DNA of 61,802 nucleotides, filler included, from Catajapyx aquilonaris (taxonomy: Eukaryota): NCBI GenBank assembly GCA_000934665.2. It is 2 parts of 2 records of this genome, joined end to end, with 100 filler letters (N's around TTAATTAATTAA, not from the genome) between each part and the next. Parts side by side here need not be neighbours in the genome. Positions count along the whole stretch, not along the records: positions 1 to 30,876 come from KZ539181.1; 1 more part is not named here. One strand, 5' to 3'. The notes under the pieces were generated by a model. That model was not told the DNA's origin. It worked only from the letters and a program-made list of their open reading frames with translations, and searched no databases. The stretch's first letter is position 1; each line of letters begins with the position of its first letter. This document shows, piece by piece, positions 16,471 to 29,639 of the stretch. Position numbers and translations under genes: made by a program.

Positions 16471-17815
16471 CGACGGCAAGCCGCAGGTGCTAAAGGTGTA
16501 AATTTTGGTCCAGGACAAGAGGAAATATTGCTTTTGGCTTACGCGGATGATATAATACTGCTTACAGACAACTCATGTTATATGCAGAGAAATATAAATA
16601 TGTTAGTTGAATATTTTAGAGAGAACGAGCTACAAATAAACTTAGACAAAACCAAACTTGCTTGCTTCCACAAGGGTGGAAGAAAACCCGGGAAAATTTT
16701 CTTCTGGCAAGATCAAAAAATTAAAAACGAATCATCCTCTACATATCTAGGGGTCCCTTTTAAGTGCTCCGGCAAAATGAACGAGGCAGCGGAATTTTTC
16801 AAAAGAAAGGCTATAGCCGCAATAAATTCACTCTGGCCGGTCTTCATCAAATTGAAACTTAGAGACCTCACGGTGGCATTGAAACTTTTCAATGCTCACA
16901 TTGTGCCAGTCCTACTGTACGCATGCCCAATATGGGGACCCCAGCACTTAGCAGAGATACTCCAGGTCCAAACTTACGTCCTAAAGAAGTTTTTGAACCT
17001 ACCACGGACGACAGCAGCATACTTTGTATATTTAGAAACAGGAGTAATCCCACTTACTTTAAATGTTGCCAGAGCAACACTAAAATTTATACTTAATATA
17101 GAAACAAACTCAAAAAATGAACTCCTTAAAGCAGCATACTTATACACCACACAAAAAGAATTAAGCCCGAAAAACAGGTTAAATTGGCTGGCAAGTTGTT
17201 CGAAAACCTTCCAACCCGGTTCCAACCTCTAGCAGCAAATTGGAAAAAGTCAGCAGATGAGCTCCCAAAGATCCTTGAAACAATTGAACTGGCGCTTAAA
17301 AATGATCTAATAAACAGACTACAAAAAACTAGTAGATATATAAGCTACAAAGAGGTAAAAGACGAATTCCAGAGAGAAAGTTATTTTAACATAGACCTGC
17401 CAATATCCCACATTCGGTTGTTAGCAAATTTGCGAAATAACTCCTGCTATATAAAATTAAAACAAAACGAGCAACTTAAAATAGAATCAGAGGAACAGTG
17501 TGTATGGTGCAATTGGCAGGTAAACTGTTCAATTTTTCACATAATCTACGAGTGTCCCTTGTTCATACCTCCAAGACGGAAACACCTGTTTGATATACCT
17601 AAATTTCCACCTGACCAGATCCTGATGCTCTTCACTAATAGTCAAAAACCAGATGTTCATAAATTGTTCTCCTTTTTTCAAAACGTGATCAAAATTGTAA
17701 ATACAAATGAGCATTAATGCACACATACCTAATCTGTATGTAATACACATGTGGTTTTGTCCCCCAAAACGAGCCAAAGGCTCGAACACGGGGTAAATTA
17801 AATAAAAATAAAAAT
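16471..17815 (+). mobile_element. 5'-truncated non-LTR retrotransposon (RT plus C-terminal CCHC), frameshifted
   Basis: LLAYADDII RT motif in ORF 16528-17232, continuing in ORF 17184-17717 with CVWC...HIIYEC. It has a (TAAAAA)n tail and a TSD AGGTAACGAC at 16461-16470 and 17816-17825. Confidence 0.9.
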
Positions 17816-18558
17816 AGGTAACGACGGCAATCATGTCTCACACACCCGTGGAATTTCCCATGTGTGATGAGTCATTTCAGTACTCAATCCCCCCNNNNNN
17901 NNNNNNNNNNNNNNNNNNNNNNNNNNNNNNNNCCCCCCCCCCCCCCCCGGATCACAACCAAAAAGTGTTGTCTTTGACCTGAAATGGACGGCGGAAAGAG
18001 TTAGGTTGGTTAGTTCATTTTTCCTGACGCGAACGTAACGACAGGACTCCTGAGGTAGACTACTGTAGTTTTGATTGGACCAAGATGATGTTCCATATAT
18101 AGGAGTTTCGGTGAATAAACCTAAGCTGCCAGATTAAGTCCGCCTCCATGAATCCGTACTATTACTGGCAATTTCATCCGTTAGTGGAAGCTTTTCCAAT
18201 GAAAAAATACCTATAGGCATGGTATGTTTCATGTTAATGCCAAATTACACTCATATTTCCGGAAAATATATGCCGCTGGGCATGTTATGATTCTCTCGGC
18301 ACATTGTTAAGTATTGATGTTCATCGACGTGTTTGAGAACATGTCTGTAAGGTGGTTAAATGCAGAATACTGAAATAGAGTTTTGGCTGGTGTATTTTGA
18401 GAATTATAAAATGGCATAAAACGATGAAATCTGCAAAAGTGTTACTTGACTTCGAGTGTAAATTTTTGTTCCAATATCTACATATCTATAAAATTAGGAT
18501 GTTTGTGAGTGTACGGGTCTTCAATTAGCTCTGGGAACGGAAATGGGAGTTTTAACTG

Positions 18559-19006
18559 TAACTGTGGGGACATTTTCAAATTGTGGGGACATTTCTGGTC
18601 CCCACAATTGATTTCACCTGTTGGATCCAGCCTTAGTGGGGACATGTTCCCATAATTGGGTCTCTTTAAAAACCATTTATCTCAGCCTAGGTTAGTTAGG
18701 GTAGAGTAGGTTAGGTAGGATAGGATAGGTTAGGTTGGCTTGGGTTAGGTTAGCATAGTTTATGTTAGGATAAACTAGGTTAGGTAGGATAGGTTAGGTT
18801 GGCTTGGGTTAGGTTAGCATAGTTTATGTTAGGATAAACTAGGTTAGGTAGGATAGGTTAGGTTGGCTTGGGTTAGGTTAGCATAGTTTATGTTAGGATA
18901 AACTAGGTTATGTAGGATAGGTTAGGTTGGCTTGGGTTAGGTTAGCATATTTTATGTTAGGATAGACTAGGTTTCAAAAGTTGTGTTAGCCATGTCCCCA
19001 CAGTTA
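18559..19006. mobile_element. MITE-like element containing a 64 bp TTAGG-rich tandem array
   Basis: TIR TAACTGTGGGGACAT / ATGTCCCCACAGTTA; repeat units start at 18721, 18785, 18849 and 18913. Confidence 0.7.
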
Positions 19007-19793
19007 ATGGCGTGCAAGCATATGTGTTGTCTCATATAATTACACACAAAAATAATACCAGAGTGCAATACCTTTTTGTAATAAGTTGCGTCTTGTTGTT
19101 ACAGTCTATATGACACCCACATTCAATTCTTGGAAAACCCCCACTAAAATTAATACGCGAGACTGTGCACGCCATTTTACCTTTTCCAGTCCACTTTGGG
19201 AACAACTGCTCAAATCTCCCCCCGCCTCTCAATTTGAACTATACAGTGGAGCCAAATGCTATTAGGGGACATTCCTGTAGCATGTGGCTACACTGTGTAG
19301 TTCAATTTGCTCTTGCCATCACATTTAATATAATATTATAATTAACGGCAGGTATAAATGAGGTCAAAAATTAACGAAACGATTGAGTGTGGCCCACCGA
19401 TAGATGGCGGAAATGTATCGGAAACTGATCGGAAATGACCGTTGGAGATGCCTTTGTCTGAGGCCCCAGCCGCGCCACTCATGCCTAGCCACGGGTGCCA
19501 CGCTAGTGTTTATTTGTGAATCGGATCAGATCGGACGTACTTAGACGAGGTAAGTACCGTGTGCATGACTACGGCATGACTTGCTAGTGCATGGCTTGCA
19601 GATATGTTGAGCACTAAAGGCTCGTATTCAACGATCATTGCAGCTGGTAATGAGTGATCCACAACCCCCTGAACGGCCGGAAGGAAAGATGAAGGTTGGA
19701 TTTCCATGGGGGTAAGCTAGCTCATGTCTCCTTCTCTGAACATTTGGGTAACGATCACAACGGCGTTGCAGGGAGCGTCCTGCCTACTCGGAT

Positions 19794-20354
19794 ATGTCGT
19801 GGTGTTTGCCAAAGCGCAAGTCGCCACCAGCAACGCCTGGCAGCCCCAAGTTCCAGGAACCATTCCTGGAACCGTCGAGTCCTTATGGAGACCAAGTCCG
19901 AGACCATCCGAGACCAGAATATGAACCACTGGCCGACGACCAGGCTTCTAGCCAGCAGAGCGGGCTGTCCGAAGTTGAATGCAAGAAGGATCAGTTCAGG
20001 GGCCCCCTGGATGACCAGCACTTTGCTCCACAGGAACTGAGGGTTATTAAGGTCGTGGACAACTTTGTGTTGGAGGAAGGAAAGCACGAGGAGAAGCAGG
20101 ACCAGCACGGATTCATATCCCGCCTGTTTGTGAGCAGGTACGCCATCCCAGATGAAGCAGAGGTGGAGAAGCTGGAGTCCTACCTGAGCTCGGATGGAGT
20201 CCTGACTGTGGTGGCACCCAGGAAGATGCCCCAGCTGGCAGACAAGTACGCGAGCATCATTCAGATCACCTTCACTGGGCAGCCTGCAACTGCACAGGTT
20301 GACCAGAAGGAAGACACCAAGTCTGACAGCCAGGAAGGCCAGCATCAGCAGTAG
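19794..20354 (+). CDS. Small heat-shock protein (alpha-crystallin domain), intronless, possibly degenerate
   Basis: QHFAPQEL...EGKHEEKQDQHGFISR.F..RY.IP...LSSDGVLTVVAP; the N-terminus looks atypical and the start is uncertain. Confidence 0.75.
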   Translation: MSWCLPKRKSPPATPGSPKFQEPFLEPSSPYGDQVRDHPRPEYEPLADDQASSQQSGLSEVECKKDQFRGPLDDQHFAPQELRVIKVVDNFVLEEGKHEEKQDQHGFISRLFVSRYAIPDEAEVEKLESYLSSDGVLTVVAPRKMPQLADKYASIIQITFTGQPATAQVDQKEDTKSDSQEGQHQQ

Positions 20355-20989
20355 ACCACGTCAATGAGTAGTTTTTTACTGTGCTAATATTTTTTAAATA
20401 TGTTAATTTCTTTAGCCTTATTAAAGTAATATTGTCATTTCATTTTTGTTCAGTTCCGTTAACCTGATGTGTAATAAACAGCCTAAATATCTATTTTGTA
20501 GCTGCTTTGACAAAAAAATGTTAATAAAGAATCATGATTAAAAATATTATTTCTTCCTTTTCACTTTTTCCTCATTACAATGCCTCGACCTCTTGCCATT
20601 GAGTGCTGGTGTCGTTTTTTGTCAATCTCTCAAATATTTACTCAAATTTCCCAGGGTTACTCTAATTTTTAAACGATTGTACAGTCACCAGGTAGAAGAC
20701 AGGAATGGCAATGGTCAGCAGCTGAAATGAAGAGAAAGAAAAGGAATTCCATATCACTATACCATCTGATTGGCTTTAAAAAGCAGACTGGCTAGCCTGC
20801 GCAGCATTATAAATGGAATTACACAATGGAACTTGCATACGTCGAATGTCCAAGGCGCTAGAAAAGGGAACAGCGCAGCAGCAGCACCCCAACAATAATA
20901 GACAACCGCAAAACCCTTTCTCAGGGCTGTTCAAAGGGCATGAATAAAATCAAGGTGATGGTATCAACTATCAACATTGTACCGAAGCA

Positions 20990-21170
20990 GTGGCGGCGGA
21001 GGGGATATGGTATCCGACTGCTAATCGGGAGGGCCTGGGTTCGATCCCCGGGGCCGGCAACCCTAACCGTGGTTTTCTGCTGTTTCCCACGGTCCCTCCA
21101 GGTAAATGCCGGGGTTGTTTCCTAAAATAATAGGCCCCAGCCGCTTCCTTCCGTCCCTATCCTATCCCCA
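20990..21170 (+). mobile_element. tRNA-derived SINE
   Basis: Degenerate A box and B box GGTTCGATCCC followed by a non-tRNA body. Confidence 0.6.
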
Positions 21171-22090
21171 AAAGCGAAGTAAAAATGCAAAGAAAGAGTT
21201 CCAGTCAAAACAAAAACTCCCCCCTGAAGAGCCTCTGGCTGATATAACGGGGTATGATATTATTACTATCAACATGGTAAGAATCATGAGGCCAGAATTT
21301 GGAGCTCATAACACTCTTGTGTGTCAAAATAATGTTTTGGACAAAAGTCTCCTGGAGACATGCAGTCTTTCCTTAGTACCCTTTGACAGTATTTTCGTTT
21401 AATGTTTGTGACATTTCCGAACACAATTTGCACAATTTTTCATATGATTCTGACATTACAAACACAATGGAACGGAATCGTTGGAAAAATGAAGCAATTC
21501 CCCCCAATTCTGGGGAATGTTTTTGAAAAATTAATATCGACATTTTCTGGTATCTTTTCAGGACATTTGAGTCACAAAAAATGAATATGGGTTTTAATAA
21601 TAATTAAAACTATTATTGTGACAAAAGCAATGGACCCACACATATTCTTAAGTTTTTATTATAATAATCCTCCAGAGTCAAGATCACTTTGGCACTTTGG
21701 CTGGGATAGATGTGAACGAAGGAGATGCATTATTTATCGTGCTTCTAATCTTCATCAAAGACACCCTCCTTTTCCTCCTTGTCTATGTCGTTCTCATCCT
21801 CGTCCGCGTTGTCCTCGTTATTCGCCTCCTCTAGAGCATCCTGTAATGAATTATAAAGCATTAAGTCTCTTTCATTTCTTTCTTTAATAAAAATAGAACA
21901 TAATATTATTGAAAGCAATAATAACGTGTAAAAAAAACATGATGAATGATGAGAAAAGGCATGTCCCAATTCCCAATAATCTCACTGATTCAAATTCTGA
22001 CAAGCATTAAATGATTCTCTATTATCCTCAATATTGCTTGCATTGTAATTGCTATCACAACTTTTGTTTGCTCTCCGGCATCATAAAGTA

Positions 22091-22301
22091 CAGGGGTTGG
22101 ACATACGAGACAATAGGAACACCTGCAAAAAGCGGTTGAAAACTTCGCGTCTGTTTTATTCCAAAACTGGAAAAGTTACAAAAATGACCTTTACCAGGTT
22201 ATGAAGAAGGTCATTTTTGTAACTTTTCCCGTTTTTGAATAAAACACGCGAAATTTTCAACCGCTTTTTGCAGGTGTTCCTATTATTTTGTCCAACCCCT
22301 G
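22091..22301. mobile_element. Tc1/mariner-type MITE
   Basis: TA|CAGGGGTTGGACA ... TGTCCAACCCCTG|TA, largely palindromic inside. Confidence 0.75.
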
Positions 22302-22853
22302 TATGTTAAACCGCAACACAGTGAGAACCTACTTCCATGGATGAGTTTTGGCAGTGCAGTACTGCTATATAATAATGGCTGGTGCCTATAGCACAGCCAC
22401 TGCAATATTTTTCTTGTACTGAACAATTATTCCATTGTACTGTATGTGAAAAAAGTTGACTAAACATGTTGCGCTGGAACAAACTCATGTTCCATAATAG
22501 GCTACTGCCCTACGTCTGTTACAGCCAGATATTACAGCACCACAATAATCTTGAGTGGAGGTTCCTCATAAGCATATAGCCTATTTGAAAGTGAAACCAG
22601 TTTTAGTTTAGATTATCCAGAAGGTTTCAAGAACTGTCAAAATTGATGTAATACTGCCTAATTCCTTAAGTTGTCAACACCAGTCATTGAGCTTGAACAC
22701 GTGAGAAGTGGAAGTGTGGCACAGCTCATAATATTGACACAGAAATAAAATATTACTGCCATTTTACACTGCAGTTTAATGAGAATGGGCATTAGAAGAT
22801 AGATTGGTTTCATTTTAAATGTGGCTTGAATATAAACATAATTATATCAATTA

Positions 22854-23305
22854 TTATTTCCTCACTTTATTTTCCTTCTTTGGAGCCTCAGAACCCTGGG
22901 ATCCTAAGTTGCCTCCGTCCTTGTCAGTGTCACCTCCTCTCCTTCGGCCGAACCTGACACTCTGATGCCGTCCATTTAATTGCAGGTTGCTGTGCTCCTC
23001 GAAAGCCTTGAATGCAGTCTCAGGAGTTGGGAAGTGAATAACTGCCGATTGATACATGAGGGGTCTCCCATTAGTGATGCGGATGGCTTTGGCCTCGGTG
23101 AAGATGCCCTCAAGCGTTGTTTTTTTAATATTTCGTGAGAGGCCACTCACAAAAAGTGTGTATGGGTCAAGTGACTTTGGAATGACCTCAACAATCTCAG
23201 TCTCGGACTTCTCGACATGAAGCCCCCACCAAAGTCCATCTTGTTCATTTCCTCTATGACTTTTTCCAAGTCAGCGTCTGGCTTTATCTTGACAAAGCAG
23301 GACCT
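22854..23305 (-). pseudogene. RRM-domain (nucleolin-like) gene fragment with frameshift
   Basis: SGLSRNIKKTTLEGIF.EAKAIRI...AVIHF.TPETAFKAFEEH.NLQLNGR..SVRF. A splice-acceptor-like site lies near 23305 and an acidic exon-like piece at about 21745-21840. Confidence 0.55.
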
Positions 23306-23484
23306 GAACATAAAAGGAAGAGGAAGGTTAAAGAAGGAAGAGACAAAATAATATTGGTTGCAAATATGAACTTTGTAGTATCCATAACTTGCATTTGGGT
23401 CATTCCATGTCAATTCACCGAGCTTTTAAGGAAAATTGACTCTTGGGTTGTCAGATCATGACGAAAATCGGCGGATCGCTTTAA

Positions 23485-24134
23485 TTACGTCTTACAAAAA
23501 TACCATTTGTGCGGTTTTGCGATTTACCCCCTCCCCCGAGATAGGCCTACCGAAAAAAACCGGCCTTTTCGAAAGGTAGGGTTTCAAAAATCGGTCATAT
23601 CTCGTGAACCAATTTGGCTACAGATATCGTCCACCACTCTATTTGAAGGGATTCGAGAGCCCAATCTAGGTAACCATTAAAAATTTGTATTTTCACTTTT
23701 TTGACAATTTTGTCATATTTTAAAAATTTCAATATTTCTTTTGAAAAATTCCTCCCAATTTAAAAATCAGATTTTTATATCATGTTATAACACAGACCCT
23801 TTCCTTGACATGGAAAAATATCCAAGTAGGAGATTTTTGATTCAAGGAAAATAATTGCATTTGAAGGAGAGCATGCGTGTCCAAATTACACCAGGCGCCA
23901 GAAAAGCGAAAATACAAATTTTTAATGGTTAGCTAGATTGGGCTATCGAATCCCTTCAAATAGAGTGGTCGACGACGTCTGTAGCTAAATCGGTTCACGA
24001 GATATGACCAATTTTTGAAACCCTACCTTCCGAAAAGGCCGTTTTTTTCGGTGGGCCTATCTCCGGGGNNNNNNNNNNNNNGGGGGGGGGGGTAAATCGC
24101 AAAACCGCACAAATGGCATTTTTGTAAGACGTAA
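23485..24134. mobile_element. Palindromic MITE flanked by TTAA
   Basis: Arms of about 210 bp beginning TTACGTCTTACAAAAA and ending TTTTTGTAAGACGTAA; TTAA at 23481-23484 and 24135-24138. Confidence 0.8.
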
Positions 24135-27100
24135 TTAAACCCTGATAACCAAATCGGGCATGGCAAAAGCCAACACAGGGAGATGCTCATACATGACACG
24201 TGAAGCTCCCTTTACCACTATCTGCTGCAGCTCGTGCAGGTACCTCGGTATAACATCCAGGCACGTTCCGTTCAGAGATGTATTTCCGCTGAGGTTCAGC
24301 TTGGTTATCAGAGGGCACCTGGCAAGGACATGCTTCAGGCCCAAGTCAGTCAGTCCTGTGTTGGACTCCAGACCCAGGTAGACTAGATTAGGGCAGTTGG
24401 CCCCAATGGCAAACAGGACATCCTGATCTACACCAGGGCTGTGCGACAGGTCAAGGTGTTCCAAGGAGGCACCAATGCCCACGAAAAGGGGGCAGAATGA
24501 CTCCGATGTCAGTAGAAGAATACACGAGAGCTTCAGATCTGTGATTCCCTTCAACCACGTCAATCCCTCGCAGACCCCAACATCAGTCACAGCTGGGGAA
24601 CCCCTCACGCGGAGTGCACGGAGTTTCGTGCACCGACGCAGGGCAATGAAGGTCCTGTTTGTTAACAACCTTCCAGGCAGGCACAACTTGACTATTCGTC
24701 CACTCAAGGCCTCCAAACCGGCCACGATTTGGTCTTCTGTCGCCGGGTTCAAGCCTGACAGCTCAATCTCAGTCAGAAGTGGACAATTTCGGGCCATCCG
24801 AACGAAGCTCTCTCCGTCTGATGGCAAGTTGCGGTCCTTCACTGTCAATGTGCGAAGGTTGGCCATCTTGGACAGGGGTCCCTGCCTGCATTGGCGTCCA
24901 TGGAGGCGCAGGGGAAGCCCTTCCACATGCAGGTGGGCCAGTTGCTTGCACCCGGCACACAGTGGGCCGGGAAGCGCATTTAGGCGGACATGATTCGTAA
25001 CGTTGATTTTCTTGAAAATTAACAACTGTATTGTGCAAATTGATCTAAGAGAAGGTTAGAATAAGCATATGGATGTACTTCATGTAGCCTAAATGCAATA
25101 AAACAGGTGCATTTTGCATTTAGTGGTCGGGCATTCCAACCTGCTTACCAGAGAATAACACCATACTATATATATTCCTTGTATTGTGATGCAATAAACA
25201 GCGAACAATTCGTCATTGAAAGAAATACTGTACCGTGTACAATCAAATCAAGTAAAATCCATCAATGTACAATCAAATCAAAATATCAAATCCATGAATG
25301 TACAAATAAACCAAAATATCAAATCCACCAATGTACAATCAGCTCAGAGTATCAAATTAAATCTCTGTATGTGCGTAATTTTACATTCGACCCTCTAATT
25401 ACATCCTAATTTAATTACAATAAAATCAAATCCATCAATGCAAAATCAAAACAAAAAAATCAAATCGATCAACGTACAGTCAAATCAGAATATTAAATTA
25501 TAAATGCATCAATGTAGCTACTGTACGATCAAATCAGAATATTAAATCAAATCTACATATGTGCCTAATTACATACGTACATATACATACTGCCGCAGGA
25601 TGTGAAATATTTTCAAGACCTTCATTGAAACGTGGACGCAACAGCGCCAATAACACTATCACTGTGCATCATCTATCTGCATTTCTATCTCTCTCCAGCC
25701 GACAACCTCGCCGACAACAGGTTTGAAAGGGGGCCCGTTTGGCCGAATGCAAGTGTCAAACATGTGTGACACTCCCGACTACCAATTTTTCCAGGATTAG
25801 GAACACCTGGCGCGATATGAGCGATGACGCGTTACCTTACTACGTGGTAGCCGGGTCACGAAATGATTCCAGAAACCCGTGTTGACTTCTCTGCACCAAA
25901 GATGCTCTGCACAGCAGAAGCCAATTTTTGCCAGCTCTGGGTAAACGGAGCAATTTGAGAAACTTTTACCTCGACAGAGAGTATTGGCGCCAGCAGGTGG
26001 GGTGCCAGTATTTTGGAAATAGCTGCACTTGTTGGCTGTTCCCTTACCACAGTGTGTACCACGAGTGGTTGAACCACGAAAAACATCGACCATGCGGTTA
26101 CACATGCATATATAGCGCGCAGTGATGTAGCAAGCAGTCAGAGTTGAGGCTAGTTCGAACGTCGCGCCAACGCCCTCGTACCGGAAGTGAGATCAGGAAA
26201 CGCGGATTCGCAGGTATTCGCAGCTAGTTTCCCTTGCCTCGTGTTCTGCACAATGCCAGTGATCGATTGCAACAAGACAGAATAGAGGGCGACATAGGGG
26301 GGATTTTGTAGCTCAAGATAAACATAACTCTTACTAACTTTTTTACGTGCCTTTTATAACGCGCAGCAGTGTCCACACATAAACGTTGGAGAGATGTGCA
26401 CCTACGCAATGAGAAGCCAATAACACGATGATTCCAGTGCATAATAGCAAACACCCCTCCACAGACTTCATTGACTTGAATTAGCGGGTGTTGACTAGAA
26501 GACAAAACTGCACTTTTTCTCGATAATTAGAAGGGACAAGTTCAGGGAGTGAAAATCGAGGTTTCTCAGATCCACACTCGCTAAATTTATTCGGGGCTTG
26601 TCACTTTGGACTATTCCTCGTGCATTCACACTATTTTCACGCATTTCCGATGAACTTCATAAAATGGTGACGTGGCCGCCTAAATGGGCTTCCCGGCCCA
26701 CTGTGCGGCAGCCACCTTCTCCAGAAGCGACTCACTGATATCAGCACAGCGGAGAAGTGTGAGGGACCTCAGTTGGGGGCAGTGATTGGACACCACTTTG
26801 CCAAACACTTTCTCAAGGTCGAACCGGTCCTCCAGCACCAGCTCTCTCAGCATGGGAGCCTTTCTTAGCATGGCTCGAACCTGAGAAGTGGGCTTGTGGT
26901 AATCTCGGATGGAAATCTTGAGCCAGCGGACCGGGTGGCTGATCAGAGTGTGCCACTCGGAGCACATCCAATATGATCCACGAAGGAGCTCCTGCACAGT
27001 CAGGAGGGAGAAGATGTACTGCTTAATCTCAGGCGGGAGGTCCACAAAGCCTGCGGGGGGAGGCTGAGGAGGCACTGCTGCGGCCGCGTCCCCTTGCTGC

Positions 27101-27212
27101 CCCTGCTCGGCCACTGCAGCTGGAGAGGGCCCCTGGACATCCTTCTTCCTCACCCTAGTCTTCCGCTTGGGACGCTTGGGGGGCTGGGAGTGTTCACGTT
27201 TGTGTTAGCCAT
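24135..27212 (-). pseudogene. F-box/LRR (FBXL-type) gene disrupted by a transposon insertion
   Basis: F-box DLPPEIKQYIFSLL in ORF 26680-27153 and LRRs in ORF 24135-25025. Removing 24958-26705 and one TSD copy restores the frame (EKVAAGCKQL). The upstream ATG at 27212 is one base out of frame. Confidence 0.85.
24958..26705. mobile_element. Non-autonomous Transib-like DNA transposon
   Basis: TIRs CACAGTGGGCCGGGAAGC(G/C)CATTTAGGCGG and 5 bp TSD CGGCA at 24953-24957 and 26706-26710. No transposase ORF; degenerate ~29 bp tandem repeats at about 25240-25560. Confidence 0.85.
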
Positions 27213-28143
27213 CAGAAGAGTAAAAATATAGTTGCAATGTTTTTGATTCTGACCTGTAACTGCACGCACATATCACCACGGTGCATTTAACTGCCAACTT
27301 CAACAGCAAAGGAGAAAGTGTTATTTAACCAGCCCTTGACAATTCGTCAATGCCAGATTCTGAAGAGCATCACTATGGCAGTGGGTATCCATTCACTGCA
27401 CTAGAAATATGCCCAACTACCCACTTGCCCATAATGAAATAACAAATCCAATCTGATCAGTTCCGCAGCTTTAATTCTGCAATCATACACTATACTAACG
27501 GCATTAACGCAAGAAAAGAGAGAAAGGAACACACCATGCTGAAAATTAACCTTGGCAACACCAATCAATCACTTACATTTCACGTCATGACCCAGCACTC
27601 CCAATTATTCAAAAGGAAGTCATAATAATCGGTAATATCTGGTAATATATTTGTATCACTTTAATTAATCACTCCAAGGGCCTTATACTGCATCTCATCA
27701 TCATGCATAAGAAGACCTTTGCTATGTGAAACAGTACTGAAACTTTCTTCCTTTATAAATGGCTGCATATAAATACTGACATAACATAATTGCCTTTCTC
27801 ACTTGGCACAGTACTGTAGTAGTGAATACACATAACAGTATCCCCATTTTACCCTAACAAAATGCAGCTTCGGACTATCCAGCAATGTGGCATCTGCCAT
27901 TGAGAAATCACATTCACATTGATTATTACCGGAACATAACACATACACTTTGAAAGAAAATCAGGAATAAAAAAAACAGGTGGAATGTACGGTACTACTT
28001 CAATGGGCAATGCCAGGATGACCTGACACCTGCATGCAGTCCCAACACTGAAATCACCATCGACTTCCAACAACCTGCAAGTTGTTTGGTGTACAATCCT
28101 AGAGCGTGACGTGCATGAATGCATCAGGTGCATCACTGGCAAA

Positions 28144-29415
28144 TCATATCTGATGCAAGTGCACAATGAGTTGGGGCATGTCCCTGGCAAGACCCTGCAG
28201 GACCTCCTGTGCAACCCCTGCCCTCTTCAGCAAGTAGAGGTGCTTCAGGTGCGGGGTGTGCTGCGGGATCAGTCTGAAGGCCTCCCCTGTGATGTTCAAG
28301 ATCCCGTACAGCCTGAGTGTGCGCAGTTGTGGGCACCCCCTCACCACCTTCTCCAAGCCCTTGTCTGTCACCAGATGACAGCCACCCAGATCCAAGTGGG
28401 CCAGGCGAGGGCAGTTGGCCCCAATGCGGGAGAGACAGAAGTCGCTCACATGCAGGCACAGGGACAGATCCAGGTGAGTCAGTGTGCCGACCAGGCCTCG
28501 GATCCCTAGTATAGTGGCCAACGCCACCCCACTCAGCTTTCCGCCCCACTGCAGGCACAGCCGTCGCAGCCCACGGATCCGCCCAATCCCCTGAAGCAGA
28601 CCCCGATCTGTCATCATATCCGCACTGCATATGTCAAGTTCACGCAGGCTTTCCCTGCAGTTGGCCAAAGCTTTGAAGGAGATGTCGTGCAGCCCTTCAC
28701 CCCTCAGAACCAGCCTCTTTAACCTCCCCCCAACCTCTTCAATCAGTTGCACAACGACACTCTCCTCTGACACGTGCAAGAACCTGAAGAAACCCAGTTC
28801 AAGTTCCTCCAGCAGAGGGCAGCTGCGCCCCACTTCCACCAGGTCACGACTCTCAGCAGAAGTCCACTTGCTCCACAGGCTGAGGCGTCTAAGCTGTGAA
28901 AGGGATGCCACAGCGCGGTACGTGCTTCCCTTCTTCAGCCCCACTCCTTCCAGCTTCAACTGACGGAGGTTAGGGCAACCTTTGGCCACGGCAGTCAGGC
29001 ACTCCTCACTGAGCCAGAAGCACCAGCTGAGATTTAGAACTTGGAGGAACGGACAATGCGCAGAGACACGCATCAACACGGCATGCACATCCCGACGGCA
29101 CTCCAAAGTCAGGTCGCTGAGAAGGCGCGACCTGGTGACAAACTTAAGAACCTTGGATGTGGATGCAGATGTCCCAGAAAAAGTCATGCGCCTCCAGACG
29201 AATGGATCAAGAGCCATTGCACGCCATTCGCGGCACACTGGGGATGCGCGGGTCAGGAGGTCATGCAGGCTCAGGTATGAGAGAATCTCCATCTGGATCT
29301 CCCGGGGTAGAACAGAGGAGAACAAGGAAGGTGGGGGACTGGGTTGGAGTGGAGCATCAAGAGGGGCATCCAGGCCCCCGCCCTTCTCCCGCCTTCCTCC
29401 CTGGCGCCCTCGCAT
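28144..29415 (-). CDS. F-box/LRR-repeat protein (FBXL-type), intronless ORF
   Basis: F-box VLPREIQMEILSYL...VCREWR followed by cysteine-containing LRRs (CPRLAHLDLGGCHLVTDKGL). First in-frame ATG is at 29415. Confidence 0.9.
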   Translation of the reverse strand: MRGRQGGRREKGGGLDAPLDAPLQPSPPPSLFSSVLPREIQMEILSYLSLHDLLTRASPVCREWRAMALDPFVWRRMTFSGTSASTSKVLKFVTRSRLLSDLTLECRRDVHAVLMRVSAHCPFLQVLNLSWCFWLSEECLTAVAKGCPNLRQLKLEGVGLKKGSTYRAVASLSQLRRLSLWSKWTSAESRDLVEVGRSCPLLEELELGFFRFLHVSEESVVVQLIEEVGGRLKRLVLRGEGLHDISFKALANCRESLRELDICSADMMTDRGLLQGIGRIRGLRRLCLQWGGKLSGVALATILGIRGLVGTLTHLDLSLCLHVSDFCLSRIGANCPRLAHLDLGGCHLVTDKGLEKVVRGCPQLRTLRLYGILNITGEAFRLIPQHTPHLKHLYLLKRAGVAQEVLQGLARDMPQLIVHLHQI

Positions 29416-29639
29416 CCTCTTCAAATACTGCGGCTGCGGACACCATCATGCAAAACCCCATTAGGCTATACGTCCAAATGTAAGTGGACAGAACACAACC
29501 CTTGCTTTTAAACTTGGCAAGCACACTTTTTTTGGTCACTTCCTCCAGCTGTTAAAGTTGCCAGTTAACTCAAACCCAGGCTATTTGAAAATGTATAGAA
29601 ATTGATGAAATAACCAAACCCAACCACAGGAAGGCACAC

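Noticed and set aside
18690..18975. True telomere
   Set aside because: Degenerate, interstitial and enclosed by TIRs.
28111..29483. Plus-strand ORFs overlapping the F-box genes and other short track ORFs
   Set aside because: Antisense shadows of GC-rich coding sequence or chance ORFs without motifs.
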